Assembly (NCBI GenBank): GCA_965637545.1
Contig: OZ281494.1
Coordinates: forward strand, 35,092,001-35,156,000
DNA: 64,000 nt
Source of the DNA: Phallusia mammillata
Taxonomy: Eukaryota
Direction of reading: 5' to 3'
The notes under the pieces were generated by a model that was given only the letters and a program-made list of their open reading frames with translations, did not search any database and was not told where the DNA came from. Below, piece after piece: positions 36,401 to 48,812 of this stretch (positions are counted from its first letter, which is position 1; each line of letters starts with the position of its first letter). A program made the translations under genes and the position numbers.

Positions 36401-39400
36401 ACCAGGGTCAGGCAACCTTTTAGGCGACGCATGTCAATTTACTTTTATTTTTCCATGTGTTAATGACCTCATGTGCCAACGTTTTTCTAAATAATTGTGG
36501 TTCGTGCCAGCATATATTAATAATACAGAGAAAGCATTGTTTTTTGTGCATGTAAGGCTGAATTTTAAGATAACGGCATCATAAAAACTATAAACATGTA
36601 GTATAACAGATCAAATTGTCACTTCAATGTAAACATGCAAACCGGTTGGTGTGCCATGAAAAACCACCTAGCGTGCCAACCTTGGCATGCATGCCGGGGG
36701 TTGCTGACCCCTGTGCTAAACACATTACCAACAACCAACAAACAGTTGATGTTTATATTTTTTCCAGGTGTTGACATTGGAGCTACAACCAAGAATGGTC
36801 GTAACATTTTGCATGTGGCTGCTGCTAATGGCCAGGACAAATGCATTGAACTGTTGTTAGCCAACGGAGCAGGTTGGTTTTATCAGTGTTTTTAATCTTT
36901 TTACTCTAAGGACCACTTTATCTAGCAACTTTTTCTTCAACTTGGATGCAAATGAACCCACCAAACAAACCTACCAACTAACTTTGGATTTTTTCCACTG
37001 AAAGTTGTTGTGTAAAATTACTTTTTATATATATCCACATTAATTGATAATTTTTTTGTTGGCTTGAAAATATGCTGAGGAATAGGTCAATGCCATTTTG
37101 CTTAAAGGAAATTGTAACAGCACTATTGCACTTAAATATTCACAACATTGGAAATAATGGCACCAAGTCAGAATGTTAAAGGCATTTTAAAATATTGAGG
37201 TAAAAAAATGATGATGCCTAACAGTGATAAATGTTTTTGGCAAAGACATGGTTTAATGTATGATTTAAATTTTAATGTTACCGATAAGTTCATGTATTTT
37301 TCACAGGTCATCTGATCAACGCGACAGATGATTTGGGAGAAACTCCGTTGCAAACTGCATGTTTGTGGGGACAGAAGGCATGTGAGGGAAGGCTATTTTT
37401 ATTCCAGGTAGAACAAAATGTAATTTTTACGTAATGTGTGTCTTTGCATTTTTTGTTGTAATGTTTTTATTGTATATACACAATAACATTTGTTTCTTTT
37501 TTTAACAAAAATTGTGCTGCACGGATATACTTAACAAGGGGTGCTTTCATTTTAATGTTACATTGAATTAAACCCTGCAGGTTTTGTTAACTAAAAACAT
37601 ATTTTCTTTTTTTATCAGACAACTCACATTGTACATCTAGATTTATTCTTTATTGAAAGTGGAAATGCTTGCCTAAAATGTATTTATGGGTCCCCTTCCC
37701 TGAAGGGACACATATTGTTTTTGTCCGTATTTTTTTTTTCTTTTTTCTTTTTTTCTTTTTTTCTTTTTTCTGTCTAACGCTGGTTTGTTAAACGCATTTG
37801 GTCAAGAAAGAGTGCTTCAAATTTATTCAAATTTGGACAGATGTTAGTTATTAATCTAAATTTGATCCTCCTGAAGTTTGACCCCGAATTACCCAGTGGT
37901 TCACCCACAGGCCCCCAAAATGCAAATTTTTTAAAACATGGTTTGTTATATGCGTTTGGTCAAGAAAGAGTGCTTCAAATTTGTTTAAATTTTGTCAGAT
38001 GTTAGTTATTAACCAAAATTTGATCCTCCTGAAGTTTGACCCTGAATGACCCAGCGGTTCACCCACAGGCCCCGAAAACGTAAAATTTTTAACGCTGGTT
38101 TGTAACGCTCGTTTGGTAAAGAAAGAGTGCTTCAAATTTATTCAAATTTGGACATATGTTAGTTATTAATCCAAACTTGATCCTCCAGAAGTTTGACCCC
38201 GAATTACCCAGCGGTTTACCCACAGGCCCCCGAAACGTAAATGTGTCTAACGCTCGTTTGGTCAAGAAAGACACTGTAGGCAGAAGTCCCAAGAGAGTAA
38301 CTCACTGGTTTACGATAGCAGGAGGGCTCAGCTTGACGTCGGACAGACGTTTTACGAGACGTCGTTTCGGTGATTAGAAATCAGCTGTTTTGCACAGCAA
38401 TGCTATTTCGTTTTATTAAGTTGTCACTCACATTTTCAGTTTTGGCGAAGGTTTCACACCTATGACGTGATTTAAACCTAATAAGCGTGCTACGGTTTCG
38501 TATATGTCAAGCAAAACTTGTTAATCAAAATAAAGTTGAAAAATCAAACTTGACATTTTTGCAAGATAAATGTGTTTTTTTAAATGCTCGTTGTCAGGTT
38601 GGCCGCCGCATGACCATGGGTTACTTAAGGTCAACTAGTAGGTATTACTAACACAGTTCAGAACTTTCTTTCATCATAATGTAGTGTTTTTTTGCTATAA
38701 ATTTAGGAATCAACACTCAAGGCATGTATAAATTAGGTTAAACGGTTTTGTTGAACAGTAAGGACGGCGTCTATTGAAAACGGTGTCAATAGGTCAAACA
38801 GTCGTTTGGCGTGTGCACCCTGAGAGGTTACTGCAGGTCAATGGTACGACAATATCTGGGTCAAAGCAAGAGATTAAATTAAAGTATTTGTTTCGTTCTT
38901 TTTTAATGTTTTTGTAATTATATGACAATAATAGTGCAAAAAGAATACGAACAATTTTTTTATTGTTGGGTTAATGCTTTCTAAAAATTTGTTTTTAAAA
39001 ATCTAAAAGTCACCGCAACATTTGTTTACCGTAAATCCGCACAAACACGCGTGTGGGGACCCATTCGTTTTTGTTTACAAAAACAATCATATGTGTGGAT
39101 CAAATGATGTGTATAGTAAATTGGTAAATATCGTATAGAATATATAAAATGGAAGTATATCAGAAAGCCACCCTTCTAGTTTTTTTTTGATTTAGTGGAG
39201 AAAGCGTGCAGGAACAATGAAGAGTATGACTCTCCTCACACAAGATCAGCTAATGGCCCACCAACTCTTTGACTCTTCGTCCAAAACATGGCTGTATGGA
39301 GATCAAAGTCAGATGTATCAGAGTCAGATTTTACCTCCGCAGGTAAATGGCAATGTTATGTTGCTGCAGAGTGGCATATCGGGCCAAGGTTTGCAGGTTA

Positions 39401-40617
39401 TGGATTGGGCTTGAGCTTACATGAAATAGGCTTATATAAGCTATTGCTGTCAGACATAATATCAACCTTATAGAGCTCTTCTGACAATTGTTTTTTGTGC
39501 CGCTGTTTCGAAGTTTTGTACAGGCCACCTTCATCTTGGTAAATAACACTGAATGTGTGTAATACAGTGCTTGATAAATAACAAAGTAAAAAAAGAATTT
39601 TAAAGGCTTAATTTGGGCCTGACTTGTACCTGGCATCATTTCTGCAAAACTTTGTTTTAAAAAACATGGGGACCGGGTTGTTAAAGTTTGAAGAAATGAG
39701 GCTTAATTTGGGCCTGACTTTACACTTGCAGTTTAACCTGAGGTTTAAGATCGTTCGAGTTGTTATTTCCCCTTGGTATATATAACTTTTAGGTATAATT
39801 CACAAACAGCAACTTTCTAGTATCATGTACCTTATTTTTTTACGTTTCAGAAGATTAGATATATTAAATGTTTATTTTTGCAGGAATTCCAAGGCAGTGG
39901 TATTGGTTCAAAACGAAGTGATCATCGTTTGGATAAAATTAAAGTAGAGAATGGTCCAACCAAGACCAAGAGTTTACCTGTGGCGCGCACTTTTGCTGGT
40001 CCACGAAAACTTGTCATAAAAACCCCAATTTCTGACAGTGCTTTGTTGACCAGAGGCAAAATTAAGGAGGGTTTCGAAGAATTTCATCCTCTTAATAATG
40101 CAAAGGACGTTTCCAGGCAAGTAAATGTCAGATAAATTCATGTGGTTTAAGAACTACCTTTCATCTTTGCCAAACTGTTTCGCTTTTTATTTATTTATTT
40201 TATTTGCCAATTGTTTTTTTAGTTGTATGTAACACTTACAAATCATAAATCAGATTTTGCCACGAGTACACTAAAGAATAATAAGTATATTTTGTCAAAC
40301 ACTGATAAAGGGAGTTTTATTCCATTTTCTTGTTACATTTAGATGTTTTTACAGCATGAGGATCCAAACCTATGCAATGTGTGTCTTTTGTAAACTGGTT
40401 TACTAAATTTGGTTTTAAAAAAGTTTATTTTTCCATGTACCTTGTAAATTGTTCTGTTGTGTTTCTTATTGATTCGTTGTGTTTAAAACACAGACTGTCC
40501 CTGCGTGAAACCCTTTCTCAGCAACTTTATGATGAAACAATAAAGGAGAAAAGAATAAAGCAACTGAACAAAATCAAGGCACAAGATGACGGCTACAGTG
40601 TTAAACAATATGTTTAG
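33427..40617 (+). CDS. ANKRD60: Ubiquitin-like plus ankyrin repeat protein, ~387 aa
   Basis: Exons 33427-33589, 34850-34974, 35900-36065, 36768-36872, 37307-37407, 39196-39342, 39884-40116 (GC donor) and 40494-40617 sum to 1164 nt in frame. Motifs GIPTHLQRIMYLDQGDMEDNSTLRHHDVV and RAAIALYVAVHRGH match my recollection of ANKRD60. Confidence 0.85.
33812..34113. mobile_element. hAT MITE in ANKRD60 intron 1
   Basis: CAGTAGTTGGCAACC ... GGTTGCCCACCCCTG termini; perfect 8-bp TSD CTTTAGTT. Confidence 0.85.
35035..35340. mobile_element. hAT MITE in ANKRD60 intron 2
   Basis: CAGGGGTCGGCAACC ... GGTTGCCGACCACTG termini; TSD decayed (GTTTAGGT / GTTCATGG). Confidence 0.75.
36403..36713. mobile_element. 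hAT MITE in ANKRD60 intron 3
   Basis: CAGGGTCAGGCAACC ... GGTTGCTGACCCCTG termini; perfect TSD TGCTAAAC. Confidence 0.85.
37686..39179 (+). mobile_element. Helentron/HINE-like non-autonomous element with internal tandem array
   Basis: 5' ATGGGTCCCC (37686-37695) and 3' GGGGACCCAT (39055-39064) are exact inverted sub-terminal repeats; (T6-7C)n tract 37730-37770; tandem array; hairpin GTTTTTGT-TT-ACAAAAAC (39067-39084); ends CTAG+T-run; no ORF. Confidence 0.65.
37776..38271 (+). repeat. Tandem repeat, ~156-159-bp unit, 3 copies plus a partial
   Basis: Units start at ~37776, 37935, 38091 and 38249, each with GGTCAAGAAAGAGTGCTTCAAATTT...GATCCTCC.GAAGTTTGACCC...CCCACAGGCCC. Confidence 0.9.
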
Positions 40618-41319
40618 TTACCTAGAATCACTGTAACTAGAATTGTATGTGTAATAAATTAGATTTTTTCTAACATATGTTTTTGTATTGTTTTCGCATT
40701 CTGGTATTTTTTTAATTTAATTTTTTTTTTTGATGTGGTACCTGAAAAGTTATTCAATCTTTCTGCATTCCCTGGTGCTGGTGTTTTTTGCTTTTTGTGA
40801 CTGTCGACTGATGGTCAAAGGCTGTAGTGTTGTTGTGTGGTTTTATGTGTCTCAAAGTACTAAAATTTCACTGTATTAAAAATTTGTCATATATTTTGCC
40901 ACTGTCAACTTAAAAATTTGTTGTTTACAAAAAATGCCTTTTTACCGCATTGCCTGAAAGAAGCACTCAATCCCATGCACTTGTTAACTGTGTTTATTTC
41001 ATTGTTCACTGTGAAAATGATTGTTCTGCCAAAGTTTAAAAAGTGATTTGTCATCACATGGTTCTTTATTCTGTAATTATTTTGCAAATTTTCATGCCTT
41101 TCTTGACTAGAAGAATGTTGTGTTAGGTTTTTATATGTTCGCTACCAGAAAGTTTAGCACATTTTGTAATTTTTCAAATTCCTAAAGTCTATTTTATCTG
41201 TTTTTTAGATTATGGCTGGAATAACATAGGTACAAAATATTTCCCCACTTACTACTGCCACCCAATGGCACCTGAAAAAATGTTTAATTTTGGGATTTAA
41301 ATTTTCATCTGGTCGTGCA

Positions 41320-44300
41320 ATGACCTCTGCACTGGTGGTGGACGATGTTTTTGTGCCAAGTTCCTCGGACAATGTTGCTCCGACGATTGAATCTACAACC
41401 ATAAAAAGCAGCTCTTGTTCGAATGTTGAAATTGCGGCACCATGTCGACAGTTACGTCCACGACGAGAGAGTGCAAAGTTTGACGAAAGAGAAGTTGTAA
41501 AAAAGGTGAATTTATGATAAACATCACAAAAATAATTAAAAAATGGGTTTCTGATCATTCTCACTGGCCATATTCCCAGAGCTGAAGTGTATATTTACAA
41601 ACTACATGTAAAAATTTAAAGTAAATTCTTTCTTAAGTTTAAAACTCCTCCCAGTTTGGAATCCACTGCATCGGGACTTGATTTGCAGCACGTCAGTTTT
41701 TGCTCGTGTGTTCAATTTGAGTTGAGTTTTCCAACTCAAGTTAACTTTACTTTGGTTTTACTTGTGTTTATTTTAGCTATTGTGTATGTCATGATTTCTA
41801 AAAACACATCACTAGGCAATGGCAAATGTGAAAAACATATTTTAAAAGCAGATAATGTGGGCATTTTCAAAGTGCTTAATGCTTCAGTACTTTTTTGCTG
41901 AAATTTTTTTGCTAAGGGGGATCAGGAACTATCGCTGCAATTAAATAAAGATTTTATTTCAAAACAAATATTTGCAGTGACCTCAATCATTTACTTAAGT
42001 CTGAATTTTATCAACTTAGATTCGATCGGTTGTTGATCAGCCAACTTTTAGTGGAGATGACCTGGCATTTCTCGAGCAGCATGATTCTTTGGTTAAACTT
42101 GTAAAGAGAAGGAGATCGAGCTACAGCAAGCATAAGGAAAGATCGAAAGAGGTATCAACAACATTTTACTTTCTTGTAAATATTATTCTGTGTAGGGTAC
42201 AAGTTACTAAATTACGGGGTCGGAAACCTTTTGAGTGACGTGTTCAAATTTACTTGGTATTACACTATGACAAACTAATATAATAATTGCCTAATATTCC
42301 AGGGGTTGCTGACCCCTTTGCTTTATTGTGAGTCAATCAAGATGACCAAAAAATTAAAAACCCACTTAAGAATGTTAAAAATGCAATGACGCTATTATGC
42401 AACCTCCAAACAATCAGTTTGGCCAGAGTTTGCAAAGTGCAATGTGAGGATAAACAACTTTATCATTATTTCAGTTTGAAGATGAACCGGAGATTTTGCA
42501 GCAGAGTTGCGTACGATTGGCTGAGGCGATACGCTCCAGTAAACACACAATAATGTACACGGGCGCCGGCATTAGTACCTCCGCTAACATTCCTGACTAT
42601 CGAGGACCAGACGGTGTTTGGACGAAACTACAAAATGGACAAACAGTTACCGTCGGTAAGATTAACACCTGATTTACTGTAGTTTTTATGTGGTGATTTA
42701 TAGCGGTAAAAGTATGTGCTTAAATGAATACAATGCTGTTAAAATACATCATGGTATGTAATAAAATGACCCTTTCACCTGTATCCAGTGGTGGGATTCA
42801 AATTTTTTGTCGGCTGGTTCTATCAAAAAAGTCATTTTTCAGCCTGTTCTGTTACAAAAAGTCCATTGACATTAAGCAGTAATGCTAACCGGTTCGCTTA
42901 TCTCCTAAAATTTCGTGCGACAGTTCTATAGAACCAGTGCGAACCGGCTGAATCCCACCACTGCCTGTATTGATATATGTGTCCATAGCATGAAAATTAA
43001 CATGCTTTTATAGATACAGTATAAGCTTTGAATACCTTTGAGCTGTATCACACTTGTGCAAGTTTCTTTAGATGATTTTTTTCTTGTTTTTTTTCAACCA
43101 ATCCAATGGACACAAGTGCAGCTTGGCAGATTTTCCCACCTTTCCTTTCACAACTAGTTAACATTTTGTTGCTTTTCCAGACCAGAGTTTGGTTTCAGCC
43201 ACTCCCACCTACACTCACATGGCAATAGAGAAGCTTCTGCAAGTTGGTGCGTTGAAATATGTTGTGTCGCAAAACTGTGATGGGCTTCATATTCGCAGCG
43301 GAGTTTCACCTGACAACATTTCGGAAATTCATGGGAACATGTTCACTGAGGTACAACAACAATGCGTTAAAATAATTGTAAGGTGTCTGTTTGGGTTAAA
43401 GTATTACAGCTGGTACTTACTAATCGTACATGTGCCAAGTTTTAAATGTGTATGATCAGAATATATGCATATCTGAGATTTTTATGCTTGTAACATTGCT
43501 ACATATTACTGTTGGTTTTACGCAACACTCACTTCTCATTATGCTGTAGCTTTGTTCATGTGTGCTACATTATTAAAGATAGCGCCATAAAGTAACACAC
43601 ATGTATTTGTGTATTTTACACACTGCGTTTCAAGCACAACAACAAAAAAGCTCGTTGGTTAAACTTGTTCTGGTCTCATGTTGGAAATAGTGTGGATGAT
43701 TTCACTTTGTTTTGCTTGGTAAAAAAAAGGACAGCGTAACAATTTCACCGAACAACCAAGCCAGAAATAGCTGCGCAACGTTGAAATGTTATGGAACGCT
43801 AAACAGTGGAGGGCACAATTGGTGGATAATGGCTAAACGCGCTGCAGCTGATCTAACTGCAGACAAAATCGATTTTAACATTTTCAGATTTGCTCTGAGT
43901 GCCACAAGAGATTTTACCGAATCTTTGACGTCACCGAACACACGGGGCTACGACGTCATATGACGTCACGATGCTGTGACGTGTGTGGTGGAAAACTGAA
44001 AGATACGATCGTACATTTCGGCGAGAGGGGAGATAAGAGGTGAATATATAATGGCGGTGGAATAATAACAAATACTTGTAATCCTCTGCAAACTTATCAA
44101 ATATGCAACATATGTGCTTTTATGATGTAAGCGTAACTCAAAGCGGGTTTTCATGTTGTGTACATGTGTCAAACATGTGATGTTTTTGTACATTTAGGCG
44201 AAACGGGAGATATAAGGTGAATATAATGGCAGTGACAAATACCTGAAATCCTGAACAAACAAATAATATAAATATAGTATTGTTGCATATTTCATAAATT

Positions 44301-46140
44301 ATCTTATTTGTTCGACCCTGATGAAGACGCCCTGTATAAGACGTCAAAACCAGGGATGGTTTGTTTATATCTGCCTGGTGAACAAAAAAGATAGTTTATA
44401 CAACAAATAATAAGTACATTATACGTGCATTTGTGATGTAAGCGGAAATTAAAGCGGGTTTCTAAGCGAGCTTTATGCTGTCTTAGGTGCCAAATCATGT
44501 TGGGTAATATAACTGTGAGCTTTTCATCGATTTAAGAAGAAATGATTTGTGTTTATGATTCCGCTGCTATGTGATTATCAACTGTTAAGCATTATTTTCA
44601 AAACTCCGGTCTCTCCACTAGGTGGCCACACTGTTGGGAGTCAGCTTGCTCGCACGTCAACGACGCTGACGTCATCATCTGTCTTGGATCGAGTCTGAAG
44701 GTTTTAAGATCGTACAAACAACTGTGGCTCACTGACAGGTGAAAACACGTTATATTTTGCGGCAATCAAATCAACTGCTCTCATTCTGTGGCTGTTCAGA
44801 GACGTTTTACAAATCAAGCCGCCCTGTCATACATAAAAAATGTTTTTCAACTGTGTTTGGCTTGTCGACCCAGTAAATTTTTTTTAAATACATCTACCGC
44901 AACGTTAATGACGAAATTTTCGTATTTTTTGGCACCCGAATTATCTGCAGTGCAATTACATAAATCCTAAACACACTTTTATGGCCGATGGCTGTGTTTT
45001 TTCCACTCTTGGACTGTCGTTGACAACTTTTATACGACTCTTGTTGGCGTGTCATTATTCAATTGTATAAATGTATTCATTTTTTTACAAATTTCAGACC
45101 AAAGAAATGCAGACCAAAACTTTACATCGTGAATATGCAGTGGACGCCCAAAGATTCACAAGCTGTTTTAAAAATCAACGGTGAGAAAAAAGGTTTTATA
45201 TGCAAGAGTTGATTCAAGTTGGCAATTACATTTGTGTGTTTGTTGTTGAGAATAAAGTCAGAAAGCATTCCAAAAAAAAATTAATTCCAATATATTTTAG
45301 TAAAACATGACGTTTTGACCACTTTATGGTCATTTATAAAATATGATTTGTTGTTTTGTGTGTTTGTTAAGTTTTTGAGTCGGTAATTTGGTGCCAAATA
45401 TTTCACTATTTTCTATGCAGTCTCGAAATGCTGTTTTTTATTTTTCATTTCACTTAAATTCTTTGTGACTTCAGGTCGAGCAGATGACGTCATGCAACGT
45501 GTGATGACGCAGCTCGGTTTAACTGTGACGTCATATGAAAGGTGAGATTGGGGTTTTGGTTTCGGCACCGAATTGATTTTGTTTTGGCCACAAACAATTA
45601 ACTTTAAAACATAGATATATGCCTCATCAGTTTAATGTTATCTCTGCAAAAATACCGGGAGTGGCACACAAAATATCAAATTGTCCGGTACAATTAATAG
45701 AAGGACTGAATACAATATTGCCACAATTTCACATCTATAACATTTTGCGATATCACACCAAATCAACAACCAAACTGTTTTAGTCCTTATCCTTGTTGCG
45801 TGATTTCTATAGCGATAACGACGCTCTACTTCGCCTCGCAATCCCGATCGCATCTTCGGAATCCGAAACTTTCCGAACTGGTATCATTCGGGTTCCGCCC
45901 ACTCACGCCCACCTTCTTGCTCACGTGACTCCCGACGCAGCGATGCGTGTCGACCCAAACTGCCCCTTCTCGCGCAAAATCGGCCCTGACGACGATGACG
46001 AATCAACGCGCGCCGATTTGTCACGTGACACTGCGGTAGTCTCGACGCAGCCTGACATGCCCGGCTGGTTCGGAAAAGGCCGGAAAAGGGTTTTGGTAAG
46101 AAAAAATTCGAAACGTAAACGGAAAAAAGTTTTGGAATAA
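41320..46140 (+). CDS. SIRT7: NAD-dependent deacetylase sirtuin-7, ~471 aa
   Basis: Exons 41320-41505, 42020-42151, 42475-42655, 43181-43350, 43888-44039, 44622-44738, 45098-45180, 45475-45541 and 45813-46140 sum to 1416 nt in frame. Motifs YTGAGISTSANIPDYRGPDGVWT, VVSQNCDGLH, HGNMFTE, CxxC..CxxC, DTIVHFGE, NMQWTPKD and the SIRT7-type C-terminal GWFGKG plus basic tail. Confidence 0.93.
42786..42963. mobile_element. hAT MITE (CAGTGGTGGGATTCA termini) in SIRT7 intron 3
   Basis: TIRs CAGTGGTGGGATTCA / TGAATCCCACCACTG; TSD CCTGTATC / CCTGTATT (7/8). Confidence 0.85.
44269..44401 (+). mobile_element. 133-bp insertion carrying a degenerate family-B hammerhead motif
   Basis: Flanked by 11-bp direct repeats AACAAATAATA (44258-44268, 44402-44412); contains CC-CTGATGA-A-GACG..CGTC-AAAA (44316-44349). 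Confidence 0.6.
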
Positions 46141-46791
46141 ACCTAATAAATGAAAAATACTTGCAAAAACTATTCCATGCAGTATCGAGGAAAGCAATCA
46201 TTTATCTTACGATACTGCTGCTGTGCAGAAAAATTCTTCTCCCATTTCATGAATTAACTATTCAATATTGAAAAGGGACTCTTAACTGCTGTATACAATC
46301 AAGTAATGGTTACTTTTCTGAAAAAATGGTCTTTTCTTGGGTTTTTTGTTTGTTTGTTTCTACTAGTCCCTATTTCGTGTGCTTTATTCTACTTTGTTTG
46401 TTTGATGGTTTAACGGTTCAGCTTCAATCTATATATTACACTGTGCTTGCATCCAGGAACCTCTTTGCTTTTTAATGCCGTTTCAGAGAGTTAATATCTT
46501 CTTCCTATAAGATTTGATGTTTATTGGCCTGGAAAACATCTGTACCTCAATAAAATCTAAGATATTTCAACAGTCTGAGTTTTTCCTAAAAAAGCTGATA
46601 AATTTTATTTTATCCACCACTAGAGGCGCTAGAAGTAGCTTTGGAAACCCATTCGTCTTCCTTTGGTGTGTTTATCCTGCAATAAGGCGTTCATCTTTTT
46701 ACACTGATTTTTTTAAAAATTAGCTTCCTAATTAAAGAAACAATCCAATCTCCCAAAATTAATTATGTTTCTCCAAAAAAACTATTTAGGA

Positions 46792-47118
46792 CAGTGGTTC
46801 CCAACCTTTTTTGTCACATTCCTCCCTTTGCCCATTTTCGAACTATTCATTCCTCCCCATCAGACGAAAAACAAATATAACATAAAAAATTATAGCAATT
46901 TGAAATAGACCTTGTAATTAGGGATATCCATTTCAGAATCCTTTACAACCGGTTCTAAATGTGAACCGGATGCAAGTTATAATGGACATCCCTAACGTAT
47001 ATACAAAATGATTCTGTAACATTTCCAATATAATTTTTTACAGTTTTTATGAAATTCCTCCCCTGAACTCATAAAATTCCTCCCTAGGGAGGAATTCCTC
47101 CCCGGTTGGGAACCACTG
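46792..47118. mobile_element. hAT (Charlie-type) MITE
   Basis: CAGTGGTTCCCAACC ... GGTTGGGAACCACTG; perfect TSD ATTTAGGA; internal ATTCCTCCCC repeats. Confidence 0.9.
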
Positions 47119-48499
47119 ATTTAGGAGGTAATATACCCATTTGTCAGAAATCTAAGAAATGCAGATATGAATTTCTCTTCTTATGTTTGTTTTACACGTT
47201 GTTTTGTTTTTTACTCAGAAATTATTTGTCGTTGTTTTTATGCCACCTTTTCTAATTTCACAGTCGTCGTATCAGAACAACACGGTTTTGTATTTGTACA
47301 TTTTGCAGTGGTTTGTTTAATAGATTGCTATTCTAGGCTAGTTTCACATAAAGTACGCAAAAAAAAACGAATAGATGGGCAAACTAAGAATAACTGAAAT
47401 TTGTGTTGTCTACTAGTGATGCATCGACGTTTTGGTTGGCTGAAATATTTCGGTCGAATCTGATATTTTGCTGAATAATCGGTTTTGGCCCAACTTATTT
47501 ACAAATTTGTCCAAAACCAAAAATATTAGATGTTTTCTTCAGCTTTCGCATTGTATAGGTTGTTTTGAAGTTTTAGAAATAAGATCCCCTGAGCCAACCA
47601 CCCAAGGTTCAGTTAAAAACATCCGTCTGTTGCTGAATATTCGGTTCTGCCCCAACCTTGTAAAGTGGTTTCGGTGCACCACTATTTTTTGTATCAATAA
47701 ACAGAAGTTTAAAACATGTAATAAACGAGGCTTTGCAGTTTACCTAACAGGAGGATCGTGGTGCTGGTTACACGAGGTTTAGATAGGAGTGTTGTGACCA
47801 AACTGCATTAATTGGAGGGTAATAAAGTATTTTTACTCTGGTTTTAAAATAAGTTTGCTCTTTGCAAACGCCTGGGAAAATAACTTGATCAAAAATAACT
47901 TTTTCATCTATCATAGAACTTTACTTTGTCAAATGTGTTACTTGATATGTTATCGAGATATTTTTGTATCGAAAGAGCTAAGTGTCGGCCGTTGAAACGG
48001 TCGCTAGGTGGCGCTGAGGAACCTTTTTAAGTGATATTTTGCTTTTCTGCTTTTTATTCTGTCCTTCGTTGACTTACATTGCGAAAAAACAAGAATGATT
48101 TTTGCATAATTTTGGCTGTGTTATAAAAACACACAATCTTTTCGCAATTTTAAAAAGACATTTTTTGCTATTATGTAAAGACCGCTGCCTGAAAACTGTT
48201 TACATTGCAATTTTCTGGGTACACAATCTACACGTTGCAACATATGCTGTAAGCTAGCCACGTTTTTCGATGGAAATTGTGCAGCAGTAACATTTAATTA
48301 TGTTCGATTGTTGATAGTTGATACATTCCATTGTAACAATACAACAATCGCTTTGTTATTTTACACTAATCACAACAATAGCGATTGTTGACACTTTCAC
48401 AATGGAATGCATTCATTCAACACACACTCACTAACTGATTTAGTATTCTGGCTATTTTTTGTCACCAAATATTGCAGTCAAAACATGTTTCATCTAACG

Positions 48500-48812
48500 C
48501 AGTGGTTCTCAACCTGTGGTTCGCTTACCACTAGTGTTACGACGGACGTTTTTAAGATGGTACACGGGTAGCTTTCTTTCGTACTTAATTAAATTCGGAT
48601 CCAAAATTGTAACTTAACTGACCCAACTGATCATCTTTGGTTTGGGGCGAAGCTCGTGTTTTGGACATTCTTCTGAAATTGCTCAAAAATCTACTAGCCT
48701 GGTCAAGAAGAACAGGGCTATATCTTATGGTTTACCCACTTAAACCGCGTTTGGCTGGAACGCAGCGATAGAAAAATTCATCAGTTGGTACGTATAAGGT
48801 TGAGAACCACTG
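48500..48812. mobile_element. hAT (Charlie-type) MITE
   Basis: CAGTGGTTCTCAACCT ... AGGTTGAGAACCACTG termini; TSD decayed. Confidence 0.8.

Noticed and set aside
37776-38271. CRISPR array
   Set aside because: Whole ~158-bp units repeat without unique spacers; eukaryotic intron context; no cas genes.
33427-40617. Ankyrin gene as the Irx-linked Sowah ortholog
   Set aside because: The N-terminal ubiquitin-like domain and motif matches fit ANKRD60, not Sowah.
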